From assembly GCF_009914755.1 (NCBI RefSeq), contig NC_060937.1: 64,000 nucleotides of DNA. One strand, given 5' to 3'. The position numbers were made by a program, and so were the translations under genes. Shown here piece after piece: positions 14,600 through 26,312 of this stretch. This DNA comes from the human T2T-CHM13v2.0 reference genome, Homo sapiens. Under the pieces are notes generated by a model. The model made no database searches and had not been told where the DNA came from. It saw nothing but the letters and a program-made list of their open reading frames with translations. Within the stretch, counting starts at the first letter, position 1. Each line of letters opens with the position of its first letter.

Positions 14600-15240
14600 G
14601 TTTTTAAAATAAACTTTTTATTCTAGAACAGTTTTAAATTTATAGAAAACTTATAAAGTTTGTACAGAGGGTTGCTATACACTCCCTGGTCCAGGTCCCT
14701 TAATAACATTTTTGTTGCTTTGATATAAATATTAAACCAACATAGATACTTTTTTATTGACTAACATTCATTTTTATGGATATTACATGACTTCCTTACT
14801 TGCTGTCTATCACAAAAAGGTATAACTTTTTATGTTCCAGGTATACCAGATTATTTTTATTTATCACATTTTAGGTGTACTTCAGATGTAAGAGCTTCTC
14901 AGATTTTCCTTCTGTTTTGGTGACCCTGACAATTTCGAGGAGTACAGGTTGGGTGTTTTGTAGAATGTCCTTCAGTTGGGATTTGTCAATTTTTTTTTCT
15001 CATGATTAGATTGAGTTTATGTGCTTTTGGGAGGAAGACCACAGAGGTAAAGTGTGATTCCCATCAAATCAAGGGTGCACACTATCAATACGTCATCACT
15101 GTTGATGTTGACCTTGATCATCTGTCTGAGATAGTTTTGATCAGGTTTCTCCACTCTCAGATAACTCCTTTTTTCCTTTCTTTACACTATACTGGTTGAA
15201 AGGAAGTCACCATACGTAAGCCACCTTTAAGGAGTGGCCT
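14600..15240 (-). mobile_element. Old L1M (L1MC4-like) 3' end
   Basis: ttttattctagaacagttttaaatttatagaaaac...ttttgtagaatgtcc...gttgaccttgatcat...caggtttctccact. Confidence 0.7.
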
Positions 15241-15469
15241 CCACTCGCAAATCACACATTTTTTCCAAAATATCGTCCCCCAAATGTGTATTAACTTTAA
15301 AAAAAAAAGAGAGAGAGAAAAACTTATAGTGGAGAAACTGAGCAGACATTACCTTTTCCTCTGAAAATGGGATCATTTACATGCTCCTAAATTTTAAGCT
15401 GTCTTTAAAGTTCTGACCCTTAGTCCATGGTAGCTAGCTGTTTTCTAAGATATTAAGAGACAGACAGGA

Positions 15470-15640
15470 AAATGTGTTAGGAACTGGAGGGACCTGGATT
15501 GGTCCTAGGCAATGCCACTCGGAATCTCCAAATATCAGGCAAATTATACCATCTGTAAGAGCCTTGGCTTTTAGTTGTCTTAAGCCTGAATTAGTAAGAC
15601 TATTCTCAAAGGGGCTTCCTTGTCAGCATTAAATGAGATA
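15470..15640 (+). mobile_element. MIR fragment
   Basis: ggaggacctggattggtcctaggcaatgccact...aggcaaattatacc...attaaatgagata; degraded MIR. Confidence 0.4.
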
Positions 15641-15674
15641 CTATAAGAGCTCTTATTTTCTTGAGTAATCTTGA

Positions 15675-15925
15675 CAGCACTTATGGAGTGCTTGCTAGGT
15701 GCCATGGTGGTCAGCACTTTACATATATTTCGGTATTTAATTTTCACCACAACCGTCAGTGATAGATGCTATCCTTGGTACCCACATATACCAAGCAAGG
15801 ATAGTGAAGATCAGAGAACTTTATAACTTGCCCGAGGTTTGAGAACAGGACATTCAGGAAAACAGACAAATAAAACACCTTCAGATTTCATTCATTGCAC
15901 TTTGATTCCAGAGCTTGTGCTCTTA
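15675..15925 (-). mobile_element. MIR SINE
   Basis: agcacttatggagtgcttgctaggtgcca...agcactttacatatatt...ataacttgcccgagg...gattccagagcttgtgctcttaa. Confidence 0.75.
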
Positions 15926-16025
15926 ATTACATAAAAACATATAAGTGCTCAAAAAATGTTTGTGGTTTGAGGCAGTATAGATGTCATTGAGAAAGGACTC
16001 TAAAGAGAGAAAGGTGGATGTGCCT

Positions 16026-16195
16026 CCCAGCTCTGCACCTTGCTCGCTGTCTCCAGGCATAGATTCCTCATCTACAAAGCAGTATAAGAACGGGTACCAA
16101 ATTAACAGAGCTGCTGCAGGAATTAGATGAGTTAATATATGTATCAAGAACCACTTAGAACAGCCTAGTGTGTATAATGTAATCAACATATATCA
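16026..16195 (+). mobile_element. MIR SINE
   Basis: cccagctctgcacct...ttcctcatct...attagatgagttaatatatgta...cacttagaacagcctag. Confidence 0.75.
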
Positions 16196-16324
16196 CTAAT
16201 TACTTTTAGTGCTGTTTTTGCATTCTTTTACTTACGTATTCATTCATACTTCTCTTTTGTGATGACTCGATGAAATAAGTCCAATAACAATATGAATTTA
16301 ATAATTACCTGAGGTATTCTTCAG

Positions 16325-16610
16325 TGTTTTGGCCACACATCTGTGACTCTCAGCCTTTTAGGTACATTCTCGGATTCCACTTTCTGACCAGCTTTGCAGG
16401 GACAGGAGGGAAGCATGATTAATTCTGGCCAATGAGCTGCTGGGAAGGCATTGAACTTTAACATTTAATTGTCAATAAAATATTTTTATTTTTTTTCTGC
16501 AGTCTGCTAAGCAACTTCTTAACTTGCCTGGTATCCCGAGTGACTACAATGAATAGGTCTTCCTGCCAATTTGCTCAAGAAACAGGGAGCTGATAAAGTT
16601 TGTAGTTTCT
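16325..16610 (+). mobile_element. Old MaLR LTR fragment (MLT1I/J-like)
   Basis: catgattaattctggccaatgagctg, catttaattg, ctggtatcccgagtgactacaatgaatag resemble MLT1I/J motifs. Confidence 0.4.
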
Positions 16611-17272
16611 TTCAGCATCCTAAACAACTCTCTTGACTGAACCATCACCTGACTGATTGAATTATTAAACAGAGCCAAACCTAGCCTAATCTGAATGATA
16701 CGTTTAACAAATGTATCATTTGTTACAACAACAAAAAAAATAATTCTCATCATAAGGAAGCAGTGCTAAAAGTTGCTTCAGCACAGATGAAAGCTACAAT
16801 CTGTGCGTTATGCTTTAAAAGACCACATTCATTTACATTGCAATTGCTCATTTGAAAAGCATAAATGTGTAGCAGTATGAGTTTGGGGACAAATATATAA
16901 ACTAAGCTTTCACAGAGTTTTTACTGAATTTTAAGGAATACAAATTGTGCAAAGTAATGCAAGAATTCAGAGACTCAGGAAGCCAGCGTATGTAAACATA
17001 ACTGAAAACATACCTGAACCCCAACAATCAGCCCTGGGCCTTTTGAAGTCAGAGTCTTGTGTTGTAGTTGAATTTTTTTCTCTCTTCTTAATATAAAGTC
17101 ATTGACACTGGGAAGGCAAGATGTACATTTCAAGCAACTTAAATGTTTTAGAATTTGTAAGTGTAAAACTCTATAAATAATAAAGCATATATTTATATTT
17201 TCAACTATAGCATATTGTTTAAACTTAGAATATTACTGTAATACAGAGAATCAACATATAACTTTTCTTTCA

Positions 17273-17274
<2 letters not shown>

Positions 17275-17303
<29 letters not shown>
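17275..17303. repeat. (AC)14 microsatellite
   Basis: Perfect AC run. Confidence 0.97.
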
Positions 17304-17307
<4 letters not shown>

Positions 17308-17879
17308 AAAAGTGAATCCTTGGTTTTTATGATTTTAGATTAAAATAGAACAATGTTTTTGTCCCATTACTTAATCATATCTTACTCCCAATACAATTTG
17401 TTACTGGCTTAAGGACTTAATGAATATTTGTTTTTAATATAAGTTACTCTCCCCTCACTCCAAAAATGCTTCTATTACAAGGCTCTATATGCTGTAATAG
17501 GTCAGCTCAATAATACTTTTTAATGAATATGGTGAAATACTAACCTCTGTTAATTAAGGCTATGGACACAGCTGTAAGAAATTATATAGTAACACCTATG
17601 AGCTTCCTATCAGGTCAGTTACATAAAACAAAATGAAAGCTACTTTATCACAGGCAAATAAAAGCCATATAAAAACCATATACCAGTAGGGGATTAGAGG
17701 TTTGTAAATGAGGAGTCCAACTTCATACAATGTAGGACATAAACCATATTTATTTTTTTGGTACATAATATGAGCCTTGGGAGTTCTTTCTGATTCTAAT
17801 CCAAACCTTTCTTAGTATTACTTTCCAAAAATTTTACCTGAGCTATTCTTGAAGTTGCTAGTTCTATAAAAGGTAATAG

Positions 17880-18090
17880 CACCACACTTCAGGTCAGAAA
17901 GCTTCAATTCTATTTCTAGACCTACTCGTGATTAGTTGAATGTCCATAAGTTCATTAAAATCTCTTTAATGAACTAAATGAATCTCTTTAAGGAACTAAA
18001 TCCAGAGAAGGATTTAGTTTCCTTCTCTGTAAAATGAGAATTTTGGATCAGATAATTGCTCACAGCACATCAAACTCCAAGCTGTAAAAC
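17880..18090 (+). mobile_element. MIR SINE carrying a templated insertion
   Basis: tcagaaagcttcaattctatttctagacctact...ttagtttccttctctgtaaaatgagaa; see findings. Confidence 0.6.
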
Positions 18091-18810
18091 TCTGTTCCAG
18101 ATTCTCCAATTTGATGTATAAGTGGCTTTATCTGAACTCTGATTGTTTTCTTTATCAGTCTTCTCTTTCCACCAGATATAGGTTTGATCCAATGTCCTCT
18201 TAATTAGAGTTCTTGCATTAAAACGTGATTTCCAGAAGATATTTTGCCAAACACAACCGAGGAAGATGATCTTTTTATAAGCATACTTACAATGAACTGA
18301 TCAGCTGCTCAGTAAAGACTGAGACTCTTTGACACATGCAATAGTGTCACCTCCCATCATAGACTTGAGCCAGCCATTCAGAAGGAGATGAACCGGGCCT
18401 GAATAATACAAACAAGGAAACCAAGATGTGACTACAACAATTATTATCTTTGACATATACTTCCCCTAAGGAGAAGAAATCAGAAGTTAATATCAGAAAC
18501 ACACAGTAAATTATTTGTTATACGTTGCACGTATACCTAGTTGTTGTTATTTATGTCATAGAATGCATACAATTCTCAATTTATAGTTTGGTTTTAGTTA
18601 ATAATTGTATTCTTCATTAGACTTGCACATTTATTATGCCCAATATCTCCTCTCCACTTCCTGCTACCTGAGAATTTAGTCCTTTAGAGCTTCTTGTTCA
18701 AACCACAATAAGTCTATTCTATTCTATTCAAATTTGTCTTCTTCCTAACTGTCCTCCGTATTGTTGCATTTCATTTTCCAGAATGAAACATTAAACATTA
18801 GAAAAATATT

Positions 18811-19350
18811 TAGCAATCCCACTACTAGGTATCTACCCAAAGGAGAATAAGTCATTATATCAAAAAGACACCTAAACACATCTGTTTATTGTAGCACAGT
18901 TTACAATTGCAAAACCATGGAACCAACCTAACTGCCCATCAACTGATGAGTTGGTAAAGGGAATGTGGTATATGCACAACATGGAATACTACTCAGCCGT
19001 GACAAAGAACAAAACAACATCTTTTGCAGCAATGTGGATGGAACTAGAGGCCATTATTCTAAGTGAAGTAATTCAGGGATGGAAAACCAAAGACTGTATG
19101 TTCTGATTTACAAGTAGGAGCTAAGCTATGGGTACACAAATGCATTACAGAGTGGTATAGTGAACAGTGAACACTAGAGACTAAAATGTGGGGCAGGTGG
19201 GAGGAGGGTGAGGGATAAAAACTACACATTGGGTACAATATACACTACTTGGGTGATGGGGGCACACTAAAATTTCAGACTTCACCACTAACAATTCATC
19301 CATGTAACCAAAACCATGGTACCCCTAAAGCTACTGAAAATTTTTTAAAA
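18811..19350 (+). mobile_element. L1 3' end (L1PB-like), 5'-truncated
   Basis: agcaatcccactactaggtatctacccaaagga, tggaaccaaccta, tggatggaactagaggccattattctaagtgaagta, gacttcaccact...catgtaaccaaaacc. Confidence 0.9.
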
Positions 19351-19529
19351 GACAAAATATTCTCACCTAAAACAGATTAAAACTACTTGTAAAGTGGCTT
19401 CTGCAGAGTTTTCCATCTCCATTTTCTTACTTCTCTCATCCCAGCTTGTGGTTGTATAATACTGAATTACATGCATCCCCATTCATCCCATCAACATGCT
19501 TGGATGGGTGACTATCCGTGGGTATGGGT

Positions 19530-19900
19530 TTTAGTGAAGCAGTTCCCTCTGCTTGAAATGGCGTCCCTTCCTGTGCACAGCTATCCCTCAAGGCTAAGCT
19601 ATGAATATCATCCCTTCTTCTATGAAGTGTCTTCTGTTTATCTGAGTAATGTTTTTTTTACTTTTTCCTTTATAACTAATGTTACAGCAAAACATATGTC
19701 TAAACACTTTCTTTTTATGATACATATATGTTTATTATGCCTAACCTATAAGTCTCATATATATATGTATGTATATATATATGTGTGTATGTGTGTGTGT
19801 GTATATATATACATATATATATTCTTTTGCATTCTCAGCACCCAGCAAAGCACTTGGCACATATCAGGGTCTCAACAATCTTGCATACATTTAATAAATA
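19530..19900 (+). mobile_element. L2 3' end containing a TA/TG microsatellite (19757-19821)
   Basis: gttccctctgcttgaaatg...cagcacccagcaaagcacttggcacatatcagggtctcaaca. Confidence 0.6.
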
Positions 19901-20117
19901 TATTACCTTCAGGAACTCATAAATAGTTAATTCAGATTGAGAAGACATGAGGATGTAAATTACATTATTTTACATTATTTTGTTGGAGAGGTTGAATTAG
20001 AAAAGTGGCATCACACCGAGTGGTTTCTGAGCAGGCATTTATTTCTGGGATGCTCCAGGTTACATTTACTGTAGAAGAGCCACACTGAGCTGCCATTAAA
20101 AAGGATGCATATTGCGG

Positions 20118-20652
20118 TGCTGGGGCACTGAAAATGATACTCAAAATATGGTGCTTTGGTGCTCTGCATGCATTGAATTGAAGAAAACAGAAAGGCCTCA
20201 GAAATGAGCCTCAGAGCCAAGCTCCTTCTCTGACCTTCCCCTTTACGGACTCCCTTCTCTGTCTCTCCAATTCTTTCCTGCAGCATCAGGAGGGAGTATC
20301 TCTGGAATTTGTGAGACTAAGGAAGCTTCTTTCCAAAACAAATGAGATTGTCTTAAGATTCCATCCCTAGGAACCTCATCAAATAACCAGGACAGATTAA
20401 CCATCAAAGATGGGACAAAAGTGGAGTCTCACCACACCCAGACAGACTGTTGATTCCTGAGAGGGCAACTCTGAGAGATTACCTGGGAGGTGTTATCTGG
20501 ATTACTGGGTAATTATTCTCCTGTCATTCCCCTCTGCTTATGCACATTAAATAACTTTGGTGTGCCTTTTTCTCCTATTAATCTGCCTTTCATCAGTTCA
20601 TTTTTAGTGAATCTTTAGTGGGCAGAAAGGAAGCTTTCTCTCTGCCACTATA
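20118..20652 (+). mobile_element. ERV1 solo LTR, MER34/MER39 group
   Basis: ggggcactgaaaatgatactcaaaatatggtgctttgg...aaggcctcagaa...ctctgaccttc; 3' tgtgcctttttctcctattaatctgcc. Confidence 0.7.
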
Positions 20653-22126
20653 GGAGTAATGATAACACATATGCAATTTGTACTAGAACGGGCCTGAAAG
20701 TTGTAATAAGAAATAACATAAAATTATGTTTGTATATTGTATTGGTCCATTCTTCTGCTGCTATAATGAAATACCTGAGGCTGGGTAATTTATGAAGAAA
20801 AGATTTTTAATTGGCTCCCAGTTCTGCAGGCTGTACATAAAGCAAATGCCAGCATCTGCTTGGCTTCTGGTGAGGGCCTCAGGAAGCTTTCAGTTATGGT
20901 GGAAGATGAAGGTACGATGGGAACACCACATGGAGGAAACGGGAGGAAGAGAGAGGGAGCAAGAAAGAGGGAGGGAAGGGGGAGGTGCCACATTCTTTGA
21001 AACAACCGCGTCTTACATGAACTCAGAGCAAGAACTCACTCATTACCATTAGCAGAGCACCAAGCCATTCATGACCAAAATACCTCCCACCAGGCCCCAC
21101 CTCCAACATTGGGAATCACATTTCAACATGAGATTTGGAGAGAACAAACATCTAAACCATATCATTCCACACCTGGTCCCTGAGATCTCATGTCCTTCTC
21201 ACATTGCAAAATACAATATTCCCTTCTTAGTAGTCCTCCAAAGTCTTACCTTGTTCTAGCAGTAACTCAAACTCTAAAGTCCAAAGTCTCATCTAAGACT
21301 CAAGGCCGTGTTTCTTCCACCTATGAGTCTGTAAAATCAAACAAGTTGTTTACTCCCAAGACACAATGGTGGTACAGGCATTGAGTAGATATTCCCATTC
21401 CAAAATGGAGACATAGGCCACAATAAAAGGACAATAGGCCCCACAGGAGTCCAAAACCCAGCAGGGTAGACGTTAAACCCTAAAGCTCCAAAATAATCCT
21501 TGGCTCCATGCCTTGCATCCTGGACACACTGGTGTGAGGAGTGGGCTCCCTAGACCTTGGGTAGCTCTGCCTCTGTGGCTTTGCATGGTGAAGTCTCCAT
21601 GGTGGCTTTCACGGGTCGGAGTTGGGTGCCTGTGGCTTTTCCAGGGTTAGTGTTCAAGCTTCCAGTGGCTCTACCATTCTCAGGTCTGGAGGGTGGCGGC
21701 TCCCTTCCCATAACTCTGCCAGAGAGTGCCCTGGTGGGAACTCTGTGTGGGAACTCTAACCCCACATTTCCCCTCATTATTGTCCTAGTGGAGGTGCTCT
21801 GTGGGGGCTCTGCCCCTGCATCAGGCCTCTGCCTGGGCACCCAGGCATTCCAATACATCCTCTGAAATCTAGGAGAAAGCTGCCAAGACTCCTTTGCTTT
21901 TGTGTTCTGTGTGCCTACAGGCTTAACACCATGTAGAAACTGCCAAGGCTTATGGGTTGCATTCTCCAAAGTGGCATCCTGAGCTTCACCTGGGACCCTC
22001 TGAGCCACAGCTGGAGCTGGTGCAGCTGAGATGCAGGGAGCAGTGTCCTGATGCTGAGCAGGCAGGAGTGACCTGGGCCTGGCCCCCAAATTATTCTTTC
22101 CCCCTAGGCCTGTAGGCCTGTGATGG

Positions 22127-22891
22127 TGTTATGGGAGCAGGACAAGGAAGTGCTGGGTAGAGAAGGTCAGGGTTCCTGGTGAGGGCTCCACCCTTGGGCC
22201 TGCGTCCATGGACCAAAGTGAGAACAGGCACTCCTGTTTTCATTCACAAATGTTGTATTTTCCAAGACCACTATGGCCCACCACACCCCCATCCTGTGCC
22301 CAGAAAATCCCAAGACTGTAGCGGGCACACACACAAGTGGCTGGACATCAAGAGGAGCAGAACACATGGACAGACACCAGCAAGCCATCAATGGTGGGAA
22401 GATGTGGAATTCAGCCGAGGGTGGTCAGAGGAGAGTCCAGCTGCTGGGTGGCCGGACTCCAGGGGAAGACCACCTTCCCATTCCATCCCCCTTCTGGCTC
22501 CCCATCCATTTCACTGAGAGCTACCTCCACCACTCTATAAAACCTTGCACCCATCCTCCAAGCCCACATGTGATCCGATTTTTCTGATACACTAGGGCAA
22601 GAACCTGGGATACAGAAAGCCCTCTGCCCTTGTGATAAGGTAGAGGGTCTAGTTGAGCTGATTAACACAAGCTGCCTGCAGACAGCTAAGCTGAAAAGAG
22701 CACACTGTAACACAAGCCCACTGGGGTTTTGGGAGCTGTAAACAACCCTAGATACTGCAGTGGGGTCAGAGCCCCCAAACACTCCCCATGACCTGCCTGT
22801 CTGCATGCTCCCCTCTATGGGTTTGAGCAGGGGAGCACTGAAAAAGCCAGCCACACCCCTGCGAGGGGGAGAAGAGAACACTCTCATTTCA
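22127..22891 (+). mobile_element. LTR1-family ERV1 solo LTR nested in MST-int
   Basis: TG...CA ends; ggaagtgctgggtagagaagg, gagggctccaccc, caaatgttgtattttccaagaccac, acacaagtggctggacatcaagagga; MST-int resumes in register on both sides. Confidence 0.85.
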
Positions 22892-23235
22892 ACAGGAGGA
22901 GCTTTTTAGGAGGTTTCTGAAATACCTTTGAGGCCTTTTTCGACGGTCTTGGGTATTTGCACTTGGCTCCATTTAGTTACACAAATCTCTCCAGCAAGTG
23001 ATTGCTCTATAGCTTGCTTGAATTCCTCTCCTGAAAATGTTTTTTTTTTCTTCTCTACCACATGGCTAGGCTGCAAATTTTCCAAACTCTTATTTTCCAA
23101 ACCTCTGTGTGTATTCTCGTTAATGATAAATTCCAAATTTAAGTAATTCCTTTGTTCCTGTATCTTGCCGTAGGTGTTTAGAATCAGCCAGACTTCCTCT
23201 TGAATGCTTTGTTGCTTAGAAATTTCTTCCGCTAG

Positions 23236-23432
23236 GGGAACATCACACACCGGGGACTGTTGTGGGGTGGTGGGAGGGGGGAGGGATAGCATTAGGAGAT
23301 ACACCTAATGCTAAATGACGAGTTAATGGGTGCAGCACACCAACATGGCACATGTATACATATGTAACAAACCTGCACGTTGTGCAAATGTACCCTAAAA
23401 CTTAAAGTATAATAATAATAAAATTAAAAAAA
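23236..23432 (+). mobile_element. Young L1PA (PA3/PA4-like) 3' UTR, 5'-truncated, nested in MST-int
   Basis: gggaacatcacacaccgggg...gctaaatgacgagttaatgggtgcagcacaccaacatggcac...cttaaagtataataat; 16-bp TSD aaatttcttcc(g/a)ctag at 23220-23235 and 23433-23448. Confidence 0.95.
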
Positions 23433-24361
23433 AAATTTCTTCCACTAGATACCCTAGGTAATCAATTTTAAGTTCAAGCTTTCATAGATCCCTAGAACAT
23501 TGACACAATGCAGCCAAATTTTTGCTAAGGCATGACACAAGTATCTTTTGCTCCAGTTTCCAATAACATCCTAATTTCCACGTGAGACCTGCTCAGCCTG
23601 GACTTCACTGTCCATATTTCTGTCAGCATTTTGGTCACAACCATTTAAACAGTCTATAAGAAGTTCCAACTTTACCTCATCTTCCCATCTTCTTCTGAGC
23701 CCTTCAAACTCTTCTGATCTCTGCCTTTTACTCAGCTGCAAAACCACTTCCACATCTTCAGGTGTCTTTATAGTAACACCCTACTCCTCAGTACCAATTT
23801 TTCATATTAGTCTGTTTTTGCATTGCTATAAGGAAATACCTGAGGCTGGGTAATTGATAAAGAATAGAGGTTTAATTGGCTTACAGATCTGCAGGCTTTA
23901 CAAGAAGCATGGCCCCAGCATCTGCTCAGCTTCTGGTGAGGGTCTCAGGAAGCTTCCAGTCATGGGGGAATGTAAAGGGGCAGCAGAGGTGTCACATGAT
24001 GAATGTGAAAGCAAGAGAGAGGGAGAAAGACAGAGAGAAGGGGGAGGTGCCACACTCTTTCAAACAACCAGGTCTCGTGTAAACTCAGAGTAACAACTCA
24101 CTCATTATCCTGAGAAGAGCCACAAGCCATTGAGGAGGGATCCAGCCCCATGACCTAAACACCTCCCACCAGGCCCCACCTCCAACATTGGGAATCACGT
24201 TTCAACATGAGATTTGGAGGGGAGACAAACATCCGAACCATATCACAGACCATTCATTCTTTCTTCTGCATATTATTTTTTTCTCCTTCTTGTATTCTTT
24301 CTGTTAATTCCACAAAAGGCTGATTCATCTGGAAACATACTTGTACTTACCTTCGTAGTTC

Positions 24362-24952
24362 TGTAAAAAGTAAAGTAGAAGTTCCTCTTCAAAGGCTTTC
24401 CTCCCCATCTAATTAGGAATAAATAGTAACTTCTCTTAGAAGCAAAATTTATTCAAAGACCTGTGGTAACATTCTTAAATATCTGCTAGCAGTAATAAAG
24501 AAATCAATGTACTTTATGTTCTTAGCTCCCACAATTTAGCCTAAATATTCACCCTGGCATGCTTATACTGGTCGAAGCAGGCATTAGGTCATAGCCTGTT
24601 CCTCTTCCTTATTTAAAGGTGTTTTTACCTTTTTCAGCACTCCACAAGTTACTTCCTGCTTCTTTTGTTCTCCTCTGCCTTTGCCTCTTTTAAAAAGTTC
24701 TAAGTTGCTAGCCAATCAGGACAAATACAAAATATGAGGTCCCGTTCCAGCCAGTGGAAACGGGACACAGCAGTAGGGTGGATGCGTCAGGTTATAAATG
24801 ACCCTGTCTCCTTTGTTTGGTGTACTCTCCTGGCAAAACTGCTGGCGAGTGCGCCGTTTCTGCAAAAAGTATAAAAATGGCCTTGCTGAAGAAATTAAAT
24901 TTATGTTCAAATACTATTTCTTTATGGCACCAGGGAACAAGCATTTCAAACA
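24362..24952 (+). mobile_element. LTR10C (HERV-I family) solo LTR
   Basis: Starts tgtaaaaagtaaagtagaagttcctcttcaaag, ends gggaacaagcatttcaaaca; close to recalled LTR10C consensus. Confidence 0.85.
24712..24798 (+). promoter_or_regulatory. LTR core promoter motifs: CCAAT (24712), CRE-like TGCGTCA (24783), TATAAA (24793)
   Basis: Motifs in canonical U3 order and spacing inside LTR10C; activity not demonstrated. Confidence 0.45.
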
Positions 24953-26048
24953 ATTTTGTATCAATTCATGTGAAAAATTATCTAAATAAATATGTGAAGG
25001 GGCCCATAAGATGATAAACTCCTTACAAATAGAGAAAGTCACAGATTTTATATGTAAAGTCCACATTTCACAGTCTTTGACAGTTAATAGATATCCAATG
25101 TTTATTTACTGTCATAAGTGATTTTAAAATGTCTCCAAGGATTAAAAAACTGTATGAATGTGTTCCTGTATACAAACTAATTTAGCAGTACATAGCTATA
25201 TTGTATACATTATATCCTCTCAGTGTATAGAGATTATTTATAATTCCTTGATTATATGTTTTCAATGAGACATTTTCGCATTATATAAAGGGATTACTTA
25301 TTGTTATTGCATAACAAAACCAAATAGCCAGTATTCTATTTCTGCAATTATACATATTAAAAGATATTCATTATTTTGAGTGTATTAAGGTTTAATTAAC
25401 TTTACATTCCCTAAAGGCCACCAATTTAGAAATTCTTTGTAATTGGAATCTGTGGATTGTAATAAGCTCACTTTCCTTAAGCAAAAAATCAAATCCATAA
25501 ATGATAAACAAATGTGACACATCCCAAACCACCTACTGCCTTGTTGCATATTTATATCAATAAAAGAGCAAAATTTTATGTTAAGAGATAAATTTAATCG
25601 TGACCAACTACATTAAAAAATATCTGAGAGGCAATATTATTTGACCATAATAGAAAATTAAATGCTCAAAATCTGGTTTGGGCTCTGTTATAAATTTATT
25701 CAATGACCGTCTAACCTTACTCTGTGTGTCCTTTCATTCGTGAATTGGAACACAAAAGCATGCTACTTATCAGAGCAGTCATTAGAATACATTAACATTT
25801 GGAGCACAGTTTTAGATCTCTCTTTTAGCATAATTTTAGTATGCAAAAAAGACAATTATTGCTGAACTATTCATGTCTGTAAATTTTCTCTCTTTATTTT
25901 GTATTATACTTTGTATTTCCATGATACATTGATCTAATATATTTAATAATTTCTTGGGGAAAATCTTCCATTTGTCTATTCTTTACTCCGTAAGATGTGT
26001 AAACCCATTATGTGATAATGCACAATTCTCTCTTTAGTTTGGGGAGGG

Positions 26049-26246
26049 CAGAAATCTCAGCTTTGGCACTACTGGCATTTGGGAGTGCATAATTATCTGT
26101 AATAAGGGGTGATCCTGTGCACTCTAGAATGTTTAGTAGCATCCCCGGCCTCTACTTCTAGATGCCAGCAGCATCTTCTTCACCCTATTTAATGAGAAAT
26201 GTCTTCAGATATTGCCAGATGTCCCCTAGAGTATTTGAGAACTACT
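26049..26246 (-). mobile_element. MER20 hAT-Charlie DNA transposon
   Basis: tcctgtgcactctagaatgtttagtagcatccccggcctctac...tagatgccagcagca...aatgtcttcagatattgccagatgtcccct...ttgagaactact is antisense MER20. Confidence 0.85.
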
Positions 26247-26312
26247 TCAGTTTTCTTTACATATTTTTCAGATACGGTTTTTATTGAAGTCTCAAAGAAA
26301 TTTATAAACACA

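Larger units (their letters stand above)
20738..24245 (-). mobile_element. Two-LTR MaLR retrotransposon (MSTB-like LTRs 20738-21164 and 23803-24245 plus MST-int)
   Basis: Two homologous LTRs (tgctataa...aaatacctgaggctgggtaatt...gcttctggtgaggg(c/t)ctcaggaagctt...aaccatatca) flank MaLR internal sequence; interrupted by LTR1 and L1PA. Confidence 0.92.

Noticed and set aside
21550-22089. Longest ORF (179 aa) and overlapping ORFs to 22887
   Set aside because: Entirely within MST-int and LTR1; no recognisable domain; stop-poor repeat sequence
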